DNA from: a virus
Lineage: Duplodnaviria; Caudoviricetes
Reading direction: 5' to 3' (one strand)
Length of the DNA: 57,838 nt
IMG/VR virus record: IMGVR_UViG_3300047181_000043
Location: 1 to 57,838 of that record
Below are positions 35,460 to 44,848 of the stretch, piece after piece. The translations under genes and the position numbers were made by a program. The notes beneath the pieces are model-generated. The model did not search any database. It was not told where the DNA came from and worked only from the letters and a program-made list of their open reading frames with translations. Numbering within the stretch: the first letter of the stretch is position 1; every line of letters begins with the position of its first letter.

Positions 35460-38372
35460 ATGGGTACTAGAAGCGGGCAAGGCGCACCTGGCGTAAAAGA
35501 TGAATTAATTGACAATAGCTCTTATGCTACGGTCCCAAATACCATAATCACTGGTGGTTTTGTCGGATTTGCTCCTCGGGGCGAACTCAATACTATCCTT
35601 GATATTGCAGATACGGGATCTATGGATACGGTTCTTGGTAATGGTTATAACAATCCTAAGTTTAATCAAGCACTATATGGCGCTCGTGCCGTGCTTGAAA
35701 ATGGCGGAGCTGTTCAGTTTATTCGCCCATATGGCGAAACTGTAATAACTGACCATCAAGATCCTAACTATGCAACAAATCAAGAATTAAAAACAGATGC
35801 ATTCATAGTCACCTATGATTGGTCAGTTGGTGCTAAAAACAGCATCGGAATTTCACATTTTGCATCATCGAGATATATTTCCGATGCTGCTTCTTCCGAC
35901 AGCATTTTTGCCGGAACCGAACGTGAAATATTCACCGCTGCTCGAGCATTGGCTGAAAATACAAATAAGAATTTTGCTTTGGATTGTGCATCTGCGGGAA
36001 ATAAGATTCCTCTGTTTGCTATAATGAATACAGATCCAACGGTATCGAACCGTTCTGATCTTGCAGATGTAACAAAGGCAACCTTCGCATTTACATCCAC
36101 TAATGTAACCGCGGGTCAGCAAACTGCAATAGCAATCGACAACGCACCTGCGTTCTTCACGATTGGTGATTCGGTTATCTTCGTTGCCGGAAACGGCGCT
36201 ACGTTGCCATCCAACATTCTTTCAAATGTTGCGTACAAGGTATCACAAGTTACTGGTAATTCGGTAACTATTGATGTGTATACTGTAAGTGCCGGTACTG
36301 GTTCTAGTACGCTTATCAATATTTCAGCAGATGTTACCATAAGCGGTAATGATTATTTGCAAGTTAAGACTGCTGCGGTTGGTACATCTGCACAGTATAC
36401 TCAGGTAATTACTCTTGCCGGTACGCCAACAACAGGTGACCTAGTAACGACACTTAATTCGGATGGATCCTTCACAAACTTCCAATTTATAAAGTTGGGT
36501 GAAAGTGCGGATACTGGGAATTCTCCAGTGCTGATATCTTTGTCTGATTTCAGTTCTTCTGCAGTTATCTCCGGAACGACAACGAGCATTCCAGTTCCTA
36601 GCGCAAACACCGTGTTCTCGATTGGTGATGCTGTGAAAGCTGTGGCTGGTACAGGCACTCTTCCTACAGGAATAACCGCGGGTAATACGTATTTGGTTAC
36701 TGGGGTCACTGCTAGTGCGGTTACTTTGGGCGTGACCACATCCGCTGCAGGAACAGGAACTTGCACACTTTCGAACCTCACCGGTACGGTGCGAAACCTT
36801 AAGTCTGCATTTGTAAATGCTGGTTTTGGTTCTGCTTGGGTTACAAGTGACACTGCAGTCCTTACTGTGACCGTTACTGCAGGTCCTAAAATAGCTAAAA
36901 CCGGAACACCTTCCTTCATATCATCTTCGAATGTAGTTGCGGTTACAGTTGGTACTGCAGCGTTGGTATCAAATAGTGAAACTGCTGAATACATTATCGA
37001 TTCTGATATCGGTCGTTCGTTTGTTGGTAATGGTTTGGCAACTCAGGCTTATATCGATACGAACTTTGATGGTAGCGGCGAACGCGTCTATATTCTGAAC
37101 ACTGCAGGTGTTTCCGTTGCTTCTCATTACGTGTTTGTTAACTACTACTTTGCCGGCACATTGTACAGCTTCGGCGGTACTATTGGTCAACAGGTTGTTA
37201 ATACAAACAATCTATTCATTGGAAACGCAGCAAAGGCTGTGGCTAGTGGATGGCAGTTTGTTCTTAATACAAGCGATGATCTTGCCTATGCGCTAGAAGA
37301 TTCTCAGTTTGATCTGAGCAATTCTGTAAGTGAAGGTCAGATTCGTTCATTGTTCCAGAGCCCTGCATTCAATCCTATTGACCCCGCGGTTGTACAAAAC
37401 GTTATTTGGTCATATGATCCACGTAAGAACGGCACCAGCGCGGTGTTCCAGAACGCTTGGCAGCTCTTCCTGAATAAGGATGTCGGTGATGCGGATGCTC
37501 TGTTTGCTTGCGGTACAGCTATTAGCAATTTGTTTGTTCGCGGTCAGGAAACCATTGATTATAACGTTATGAATGTTATGCTTGATGTCTGTGAAAAGCG
37601 CAAGGATTGCTTCTCAATATTTGATGGTATCGACGAACCTAACGTTAAGAAAGCGTTGATGAAATATTCTGCAATCGGTAGCCAAGGTGACGTTGCTCAT
37701 TGGGGTGCTATTTATGATGGTCGTTCTTTGATGAACGATACCACATATACACAACTGACAGATGTTTCTCTGGTGAAGAGTGTGGAACTTGCTAGAATCA
37801 TCACCTCTAACCGAGCTGGCGGAATCTGGTGGTTGCCTCCTGCAGGTCCTACTGGAACTCTGCAGTATGGTGAAAAGTTCACTCGCTCCTATGGTTACGG
37901 CGCTGCTGATGCTAGTTCTGATATTGCTCTTCTCTATGATAGCAATGTCAATCCTACACGCGTTACTCGTGCCGGCTCTGCCGTTTATGGCGACAAGAGC
38001 ATGCAGAAGCGCGAAACAGCGCTTGATCGAATCCATGTAATCATGTTGATCGCTGGAATTCACAAGCAGTTCAACGCATATCTGGACGGTCAAGTATTCC
38101 GTCTTAATACCCCACAGTTGCGCTCAGAAACACAGTCTACATTACAATCCAGAATCAATTTGATCACTGGCGCAAATCCTGCTGGTCTTTACAGTGGTGT
38201 TGTTATCTGTGATAAGACAAATAATACAGACGCTATAATTGCGGCAAACGAGCTGATTGTCGATCTACAGCTTGTTCCTACTAAGGGAGCAGAGTTCATA
38301 ACTCTCCGCACAACAGTTGAAAAGAACGGCAATAACATGAGCGTCAAGAGCTCGCAAATTATCGGGGGTTAA
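35460..38372 (+). CDS. gp18: Contractile tail sheath protein, gp18-like, with inserted repeats
   Basis: APGVKDELID, FVGFAPRG, CEKRKDC, WWLPPAG, LYDSNVNP, YGDKS, DRIHV, VICDKTNNT, AEFITL. Confidence 0.93.
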   Translation: MGTRSGQGAPGVKDELIDNSSYATVPNTIITGGFVGFAPRGELNTILDIADTGSMDTVLGNGYNNPKFNQALYGARAVLENGGAVQFIRPYGETVITDHQDPNYATNQELKTDAFIVTYDWSVGAKNSIGISHFASSRYISDAASSDSIFAGTEREIFTAARALAENTNKNFALDCASAGNKIPLFAIMNTDPTVSNRSDLADVTKATFAFTSTNVTAGQQTAIAIDNAPAFFTIGDSVIFVAGNGATLPSNILSNVAYKVSQVTGNSVTIDVYTVSAGTGSSTLINISADVTISGNDYLQVKTAAVGTSAQYTQVITLAGTPTTGDLVTTLNSDGSFTNFQFIKLGESADTGNSPVLISLSDFSSSAVISGTTTSIPVPSANTVFSIGDAVKAVAGTGTLPTGITAGNTYLVTGVTASAVTLGVTTSAAGTGTCTLSNLTGTVRNLKSAFVNAGFGSAWVTSDTAVLTVTVTAGPKIAKTGTPSFISSSNVVAVTVGTAALVSNSETAEYIIDSDIGRSFVGNGLATQAYIDTNFDGSGERVYILNTAGVSVASHYVFVNYYFAGTLYSFGGTIGQQVVNTNNLFIGNAAKAVASGWQFVLNTSDDLAYALEDSQFDLSNSVSEGQIRSLFQSPAFNPIDPAVVQNVIWSYDPRKNGTSAVFQNAWQLFLNKDVGDADALFACGTAISNLFVRGQETIDYNVMNVMLDVCEKRKDCFSIFDGIDEPNVKKALMKYSAIGSQGDVAHWGAIYDGRSLMNDTTYTQLTDVSLVKSVELARIITSNRAGGIWWLPPAGPTGTLQYGEKFTRSYGYGAADASSDIALLYDSNVNPTRVTRAGSAVYGDKSMQKRETALDRIHVIMLIAGIHKQFNAYLDGQVFRLNTPQLRSETQSTLQSRINLITGANPAGLYSGVVICDKTNNTDAIIAANELIVDLQLVPTKGAEFITLRTTVEKNGNNMSVKSSQIIGG

Positions 38373-38374
38373 TA

Positions 38375-39058
38375 ATGGCTGATAATACATCACCAAGCAC
38401 GACAATGTTCTACCAGAGTGGTATCGATACCATTCGGGATCCTGTAAGAAGTACCCGTTGGAGAATGTTCTTCGGAGCAGAGCTATTCAAGGCACTTCCA
38501 ATTAAACCAACTAATGGTACTCCATTTGATGGTGAAGCGGGAACCGACGAAGTTTCTATCCATATCAAGAGTTCCCAGATTCCTGGCGTTCGTATTGATT
38601 TAGATAAAATCTGGTATATGGGATTTCCTTCCAACTACGCAACTAATGTGCAGCTTGAAGGAGATATTCCTGTTGAATTCATTATGACTGAAGACATGCG
38701 TTCATTTGAGCTCGTATATGCTTGGGTAGAATCTGTAATCAATGCCGGCATTCTCGTAAATCCTACAGGCGGCGCCAGCCGTACTGCAGAAGCGGGACGT
38801 GCTCTTGGTTTAGGCACACATAAGGATGCACAGGATAGCGCACACACTGTTGTTCGCAATTCCGGAATTATCAAAACCAATTTGTACAACTGGCATACTG
38901 GTGCTGAAATTCTTACGGTGAATCTGATCAATGCTATCCCAACTAGCATCGATCCTACTTCTCTACAATATCAACAGGGTCAACTTGTATCGTTTAGGAC
39001 TAATATCCATTACGATCGATTCTCACTGTCGATCCCAACTCCATATAGTGCAGGTTAA
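38375..39058 (+). CDS. gp19: Tail tube protein, gp19-like
   Basis: Directly after sheath; RSTRWRM, SSQIPG, LINAIPTSI, FRTNIHYD. Confidence 0.8.
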   Translation: MADNTSPSTTMFYQSGIDTIRDPVRSTRWRMFFGAELFKALPIKPTNGTPFDGEAGTDEVSIHIKSSQIPGVRIDLDKIWYMGFPSNYATNVQLEGDIPVEFIMTEDMRSFELVYAWVESVINAGILVNPTGGASRTAEAGRALGLGTHKDAQDSAHTVVRNSGIIKTNLYNWHTGAEILTVNLINAIPTSIDPTSLQYQQGQLVSFRTNIHYDRFSLSIPTPYSAG

Positions 39059-39059
39059 T

Positions 39060-39089
39060 AAAAAAGGCGGTTTTAAAACCGCCTTTTTT
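39060..39089. terminator. Bidirectional terminator
   Basis: AAAAAAGGCGGTTTTAAAACCGCCTTTTTT perfect palindrome. Confidence 0.9.
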
Positions 39090-39582
39090 AATATATTCCT
39101 TTCTTCATTTTTTCTAGTTCAACTATGGTACGTAGATTATTTGGGATGTACCTACATTGATCTAGAAGATTCTTTAGCCATGCTAGATATGCCTTCTGCT
39201 TGGTAAGATCAGCCTTTGCCTTTGGAACATCACCATAACCATCGATGATGTTTTCCATATCCTTTCCTTTTAGATCATAACCACGATATTCTTTTTGAAT
39301 TAATTCGACAGCCTTGCTTTTTGCCACCGCTACCTTTTCTTCAAGATCAGCGGATACAATTTGTTCATGTAGCATCATGGTATTTATATAATTAAATATT
39401 TTACCCCAGGCATGCTGCATGAGGCGCTGACACTTATCCCAATCTAAAGTGCCATCTTTTTTTATATATTCCGCGCTTTTATTTAGATAGTTTTCAATTT
39501 TTACTAAAGTATCATTGGTGATTACAGATGGCAATGCGGGAAATTCCGGATCGCCTGTCATTATTGGTCCATTTGGTGTCAT
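39088..39582 (-). CDS. uvsY: Recombination mediator UvsY
   Basis: Helical protein with DMENIIDG...LKNLLDQ...NLRTIVELEK UvsY-type C-terminus; TTATCTTTG upstream. Confidence 0.7.
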   Translation of the reverse strand: MTPNGPIMTGDPEFPALPSVITNDTLVKIENYLNKSAEYIKKDGTLDWDKCQRLMQHAWGKIFNYINTMMLHEQIVSADLEEKVAVAKSKAVELIQKEYRGYDLKGKDMENIIDGYGDVPKAKADLTKQKAYLAWLKNLLDQCRYIPNNLRTIVELEKMKKGIY

Positions 39583-39635
39583 ATCTTGCCTCTGTAATAA
39601 ACATAAGTTCTATATAACAAAGATAATTAAAAATT

Positions 39636-40415
39636 ATGGATGATTACAGTGTCATTGAACGAATGCTAGGATTGCCTATCGGCTCTACTAAAGAATTAAA
39701 CCCAGACCAGGCTACGCCGGTCCTGGCTGCCGCCACTTCCAAGCGTTCTATTGAATTAGTTGCTAAGGATAAGCAAGTTGATACTACGCGGGAGAATCTT
39801 ACGTGGGTAGCATCTCTTATATCTGAATTGGGTGAATTGGAATCCGTTATTGCTCAATCTAAGCAAAAAATTGAAAATATAAATATCAAGAAGAACGCTC
39901 CTGAATACTTATTTAGTTTTGATAATTTGGTCGAATTTGATGCTGAGGTGGATTCATTAAATAAGAAGATCAATTCTTCTGAGATCCGAATGGTTGAGAT
40001 CAATAAAGAAATTTCTGTTATAATACCAGATACCAAGCCGGATAACTTACCAGAAATCAAAAAGAATAATGAAATTACCATGGCATTGCTTGAAGAGGAT
40101 CGGATTCGGATCCGCAATGACTCATATGATATTTTCAATATGACCCATGCTATCCTCAAAAAAGTATATTTGGACATGACTAATTCAACCGCGCCCAGTG
40201 ATAAGATGCTGGTGGCGTTTGCCAGGTTATCCGATTCCGCCTCGTCTACGTTGGAACGTCTTAATATGTTAGTTCAAAAATATAGACGTGAAGAGGAGCT
40301 AAGAGGTGCCACGGTAGCCAAACAGATCAATCCTGAAGAAATCGAGATGAGCAATAACGATTTCCTCGCGGTTATCGATGATGCTAGATCCGAAGATGTG
40401 ACTCCTGCTAATTAA
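39636..40415 (+). CDS. Coiled-coil protein, possible terminase small subunit (gp16-like)
   Basis: DRIRIRNDSYDI...LVAFARL...SNNDFLAVI resembles T4-type small terminase helices; ATAAACA upstream. Confidence 0.45.
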   Translation: MDDYSVIERMLGLPIGSTKELNPDQATPVLAAATSKRSIELVAKDKQVDTTRENLTWVASLISELGELESVIAQSKQKIENINIKKNAPEYLFSFDNLVEFDAEVDSLNKKINSSEIRMVEINKEISVIIPDTKPDNLPEIKKNNEITMALLEEDRIRIRNDSYDIFNMTHAILKKVYLDMTNSTAPSDKMLVAFARLSDSASSTLERLNMLVQKYRREEELRGATVAKQINPEEIEMSNNDFLAVIDDARSEDVTPAN

Positions 40416-40454
40416 GTTATCCACAAACCAATAATTTTTATTATCTTTGTTATT

Positions 40455-41555
40455 ATGAAAAAAGTAGCAATTATTGGTGATCCCCATTTTGATAGAAAGG
40501 CAGAAAATGCCGTAGTCAAGGAACATATTACCCGTGGACAGAAGGCTTTCTTTGAAAACCTTAAAATCGACCTCGAGTCCCGTGGAATTGATACCTTGAT
40601 TATGACAGGTGATCTATTTGATAACCGCGTCATAGTTGATATTGAAGAAATGGTCCTGGTGCGCAGGATGTTGAAGACCTATTTTTCCAAATTTACCGTA
40701 TATTTGTTATTGGGAAACCATGATTTGTATTATGAAAATAGCTTAGATATTTCAATTCTTGAGATGTTTGAGGATTTGCCTAATATAAAAATTATAATGA
40801 ATTCACCGGAATCCTTTAATATCATGGGCAAAGAATGGTTGATGTGTCCTTGGATATTGAAAGAAAAACATGATGAAATGTTACAATATTTCAATACTCT
40901 TTCAAAGAAAGGTAAAGACCGAGTTATCGTTGGTCATTTCGATACGGTCGATATTCAGATGGAACCTGGCAATATATCGCAATCCGGGTTTTCTGCAGAT
41001 ACTTATATGGCTGCCGCCAGGCTGGTAATCAGTGGGCATTACCATGGTCCTTCTCTTCTAGAAAAAGATAATAGTCGCCTTTTATATGTAGGGACTCCTT
41101 ATCCATTGACATTTATAAATTCTAATCAACGTCATGGATATTGGGTTGTCTCTGAAGATCTGACTACTGAGTTTGTTCCAAACATGTTATCACCGATGTT
41201 TTATACAATTTATGATACTGATAACATTGATAATCTTGATTTCGAAAACTCATTTGTCCGTGCTTATGTGTCGGATACGATGGATAATGCAGATTATTTA
41301 AATTTTCGCACTTTACTGGAAAGTAAAAAGCCTATATTGAAAAAGGTGATCCGATATCGTGGTGCTAAGGCTACGGTCGAATCTGCAAGTCCTGTTTCCC
41401 GGAATGGTGAAAAACTGGTCGGAATGGATACGGTAAGTATAAGTGCGGTGTATATCAATCACTTCAAGGATACTTTACCAAAGCTAAAAACTCACGCGGA
41501 TCCATCTATGGTTATCATGGATCGGGTCCATAAGATTAACTCTACCATTAGGTAA
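40455..41555 (+). CDS. gp47: Mre11/SbcD-like recombination nuclease, gp47-like
   Basis: IGDPHF, TGDLFDNR, LGNHD, VGHF, SGHYH, YVGTPY. Confidence 0.92.
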   Translation: MKKVAIIGDPHFDRKAENAVVKEHITRGQKAFFENLKIDLESRGIDTLIMTGDLFDNRVIVDIEEMVLVRRMLKTYFSKFTVYLLLGNHDLYYENSLDISILEMFEDLPNIKIIMNSPESFNIMGKEWLMCPWILKEKHDEMLQYFNTLSKKGKDRVIVGHFDTVDIQMEPGNISQSGFSADTYMAAARLVISGHYHGPSLLEKDNSRLLYVGTPYPLTFINSNQRHGYWVVSEDLTTEFVPNMLSPMFYTIYDTDNIDNLDFENSFVRAYVSDTMDNADYLNFRTLLESKKPILKKVIRYRGAKATVESASPVSRNGEKLVGMDTVSISAVYINHFKDTLPKLKTHADPSMVIMDRVHKINSTIR

Positions 41556-41560
41556 AAAAT

Positions 41561-42931
41561 ATGAATGAATTGAAAAACAGATTTGATTCCGAACTAGGGA
41601 TCACTACTCTGAACGTGTTATATGTTGGGGATGGCGACAGCCATCTGTATCCGGTGCGCGGCGAAGCCATCATTCGACAGATCGCCCAGTTTTACGAACG
41701 CACTACGCCAATTGATTATATCACCACCAGCTCAAAGAGCTTCGCTAAGAAGACATTGGCAGACCTGGGCGATATCAACACTATCTTTATTGATAATGTT
41801 AAGGATTATCGCTCGCTCAAGGCGCTTATTTCCATTGTAAATTCATTGAATGATATTGTTCATCCGGGTTGGCAGGACGAAGCTAAGGCTTTGCCTGAAA
41901 CCGAAGTTGAAGCATTCATGAAGGAACTTGCGAAGGCTCGTTCCACTAAGTTCCGTATTATCTATGCGATCGATGAATTTGTTTGGGATGCTCCTGCTGG
42001 TCGTATGTGCGATTTGCAGACTGTGCAAATTGTTGAAAGCTTTATTGAAATTGCCGATTCCGTCCTGGTGCCAACTGCGGATCTCGCGGATGCGGTAAAG
42101 TATTTCAAGTTTGTTGATGAAGAAAAGGAAATTCATGTAATTCCTTCCATGCTTACCAAGGAAATCGCTCAAGTATATCGTGATTTCACTCGTAAGTGGA
42201 ATTTGAGTTCTACTTCCGCACAGCGCACTCCTCGGGTTCTTATCAAGGGATTGGAGCTTCCTGCCAATGTTCAGGAATTCATTCAGAACCATTTTAAGAA
42301 ATTTGATATTACTATTTGTTCTGTTGGTGAAATTGATGACCACACTGCAGGCCTGATCAATGCTCGTAAGGTCGGTCATATTATGCATTGGGCAAACCCA
42401 AGCGTGAACAAGGCTAACATAGGAACTACATATGCTATGGAACGTGATGTCGGCTATGATTTCGTTATTCTCTGCAAGCCAGATGCGATGGAAGGCAAGA
42501 TGTATGAAATCTGTTCCGGTGATGATGATATTATCTTCTCCGCTTCTTATGGTGCGGTAGTGGTGTGTGGTTGGGACCATCTGGAATTGGGCGCGGATCA
42601 TATTTCCAAGAAGAGCGGAATGCATTTTGGTAAGGATACCGATGCGGTTCAGATCAAGAATATGCTCGAGAGCATGGTGAATTTCTATGATAAGTGGAAT
42701 GCCGCTTATAATGAAGTTCGTCGTTATCTCGAATCCCGAATTTTGGATACAAGCAGCTTTGCCCAATCCGCTTATTACAATCTCATTGCCGGTCCAGAAT
42801 GGACAGCATATGTAGAAAGTAAGACCAACACGGCTCCAGAATCTGTACAGGAAACTGCTGCAGCAGAGCCAATTGCGGATGAAGATATGCCTGAGAATGC
42901 AATCCGTCTACCATTTGGAAAGGAAGGTTAA
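41561..42931 (+). CDS. GT-B-fold glycosyltransferase-like protein (divergent)
   Basis: IIYAIDEFVWD...ADSVLVPTADLAD...IHVIPSML matches a common GT4-like pattern. Confidence 0.5.
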   Translation: MNELKNRFDSELGITTLNVLYVGDGDSHLYPVRGEAIIRQIAQFYERTTPIDYITTSSKSFAKKTLADLGDINTIFIDNVKDYRSLKALISIVNSLNDIVHPGWQDEAKALPETEVEAFMKELAKARSTKFRIIYAIDEFVWDAPAGRMCDLQTVQIVESFIEIADSVLVPTADLADAVKYFKFVDEEKEIHVIPSMLTKEIAQVYRDFTRKWNLSSTSAQRTPRVLIKGLELPANVQEFIQNHFKKFDITICSVGEIDDHTAGLINARKVGHIMHWANPSVNKANIGTTYAMERDVGYDFVILCKPDAMEGKMYEICSGDDDIIFSASYGAVVVCGWDHLELGADHISKKSGMHFGKDTDAVQIKNMLESMVNFYDKWNAAYNEVRRYLESRILDTSSFAQSAYYNLIAGPEWTAYVESKTNTAPESVQETAAAEPIADEDMPENAIRLPFGKEG

Positions 42932-42932
42932 T

Positions 42933-43655
42933 ATGGGAATCTTTGCAAAGCGCAATGATCTTAAGGTAGTTGGTCTGTTTGGTCAATCCGGTTCCGGAAA
43001 GACCACCGCGATCAAGGCTGCCGCCGGTTTGTCAAATGGTTGGAATCTTCTTCCATATACCGGAACAATTCGACATCTTTTCATTAAGAATGCGTCGTAT
43101 GTTGAACCTCATAAGCTTATCGAGAAGGCACCTGAAATTCTGGCACAGAACAGCCCTGAAAAAATTGATGCGATCTATGAAGACTACGCTCGTTCGCAGC
43201 GCCAGCTTCTTTGTGATTTTGATTCTGAAGTTTTCAAGGAATGCTTCCAGGGCAAAACCGTAGGTCGTACAGTTCTTTTGGTAGATCGTTCCCCATTTGA
43301 TTTCTATGTATTGACCCTGTGTGGTTTGGATGATCTCAAGGCTACATATAAAAAGGATTTTGGTCCTGCTGTGCTTGATATTGTAAAATCTATCAAGACC
43401 ATCGCTGAACGGGATTCTGAAAACTTCTTTGATGCGATTATCGTATCACATGCCTGGACAGATGATCATTCGCGCACTGTTGATGGTGTGCGTGATTATT
43501 ATTTGTCCGAATTTTATACCGGAACACCTTGGTATTCTCGATTGGATGATGTGGAATTTCGAAAGACAAAGAAATACAATCTTAATAAGGAACTTAACTC
43601 GATCGATTCTCGGGTAGTTGATATTAAGAAGATTGTAGCTGATTTGTTGAAATAA
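42933..43655 (+). CDS. P-loop nucleotide-kinase-like protein
   Basis: GQSGSGKTT; LLVDRSPFD; ATG at 42933 after AGGAAGG. Confidence 0.7.
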   Translation: MGIFAKRNDLKVVGLFGQSGSGKTTAIKAAAGLSNGWNLLPYTGTIRHLFIKNASYVEPHKLIEKAPEILAQNSPEKIDAIYEDYARSQRQLLCDFDSEVFKECFQGKTVGRTVLLVDRSPFDFYVLTLCGLDDLKATYKKDFGPAVLDIVKSIKTIAERDSENFFDAIIVSHAWTDDHSRTVDGVRDYYLSEFYTGTPWYSRLDDVEFRKTKKYNLNKELNSIDSRVVDIKKIVADLLK

Positions 43656-43675
43656 CCAATTAAATAACTTATACG

Positions 43676-43705
43676 AAAAGGCGAGGATTTTTCCTCGCCT
43701 TTTTT
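43676..43705 (+). terminator. Intrinsic terminator
   Basis: AAAAGGCGAGGA-TTTT-TCCTCGCCTTTTTT. Confidence 0.9.
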
Positions 43706-43738
43706 CGCATATATTGGATTTATGAAAATGAGGAACAT

Positions 43739-44680
43739 ATGCCAGCTGAAAAAATAGACCCCGCCACGATCATGAATATGGCTCGTACCATGTCAAACCA
43801 AAATGATGGTAATGTGCAACCTATGGATAATCCGATTTTACAGCAAGTCCAGAGCCAGATCGCCGCAGCTACTGCTGCAGGTTTTAATATTTTGGAAACA
43901 AGCCCGGCTGTCGCCGTTAACCAGGAATCCAATTTTGTTGAAGTTGCCCCTCCACCCAGTGGTGGTAGTTTTTACAAGGGATTTGTTTATGGTCAGCCAT
44001 TGCGAGTTGATGATTTGACACAGATCGAAACCATGGATTCAAATAATTCAGATGATCGCATCAGTGTAATCTTTAGTAGGGCATTGCGTGGCTTGGATCC
44101 CAAGGAAATTCTCCAGGGGGATGAGTTTTATTATATTCACTGGCTTCGCGCAAATACTTTCCCAGGAATGCCGTTTGATAATATGGCATATGAATGCATG
44201 CATTGTCAAAAAGAAGTTATTGATGGGGCCTCGCCATTTGGATTTGCTGAAATGCATCATGTGGTTGCTGATAGAGAAGCTAAAATTGCCGAACTTAAGG
44301 GAAGTGATTGTGCTGAGATTACTATTGGTGGGCGTTCCGGTAAGGTTTTTGTTCGTCGGCGCCGGCATAATTCCCGATTGAAATATCTTCTGAAGCGTGA
44401 TTTTGGTGATATTGGTCAGAAACCAACTGAGGCGGACATGCTTCGGTATGTTACTGCGGTTGTGGTTGATTTTGGTTTTGGTGATATTAAGGATACCATT
44501 ACGTTCATCCGCTCACTGTCTCCGATGGATTATGCGAAGCTCAAGTCTGCGGTAAAACGATATAATTTTGCATCAACTACAATCGTTGATCTGACCTGCC
44601 CATATTGCAAGGAGGTTACCCCGGTTCCGGGGTATACGTTTCCATTCTACGACTTTATTCCCAAAGTATCTTTCTCATGA
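43739..44680 (+). CDS. Baseplate hub assembly chaperone, gp26-like
   Basis: PSGGSFY, GDEFYYIHWLR, CMHC and CPYC zinc pairs, upstream of the tape-measure-like gene. Confidence 0.7.
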   Translation: MPAEKIDPATIMNMARTMSNQNDGNVQPMDNPILQQVQSQIAAATAAGFNILETSPAVAVNQESNFVEVAPPPSGGSFYKGFVYGQPLRVDDLTQIETMDSNNSDDRISVIFSRALRGLDPKEILQGDEFYYIHWLRANTFPGMPFDNMAYECMHCQKEVIDGASPFGFAEMHHVVADREAKIAELKGSDCAEITIGGRSGKVFVRRRRHNSRLKYLLKRDFGDIGQKPTEADMLRYVTAVVVDFGFGDIKDTITFIRSLSPMDYAKLKSAVKRYNFASTTIVDLTCPYCKEVTPVPGYTFPFYDFIPKVSFS

Positions 44681-44684
44681 TATA

Positions 44685-44828
44685 ATGGCGGCTAAAAATA
44701 GAATAACATCTAATTCATCTACTTCATATATGGAACTGGGCAGGTTGTTTTTCCCGGAATTCTTGTCTTTACATGATTATGTATTGACTACCATGCAAGA
44801 AAAGATACGAAAAGCAAATTCGACCTAA
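44685..44828 (+). CDS. 47-aa protein, gp51-like / tail chaperone C-terminal partner
   Basis: Manual translation MAAKNRITSNSSTSYMELGRLFFPEFLSLHDYVLTTMQEKIRKANST*; position between chaperone and tape measure. Confidence 0.55.
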   Translation: MAAKNRITSNSSTSYMELGRLFFPEFLSLHDYVLTTMQEKIRKANST

Positions 44829-44848
44829 ATCGAAGATAAACTAGGACC

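Noticed and set aside
41843-42766. Long antisense ORFs (also 4042-4659, 17391-18014, 23367-23966, 34458-35045, 36401-36994)
   Set aside because: Shadows of well-supported genes on the opposite strand; no motifs or expression signals.
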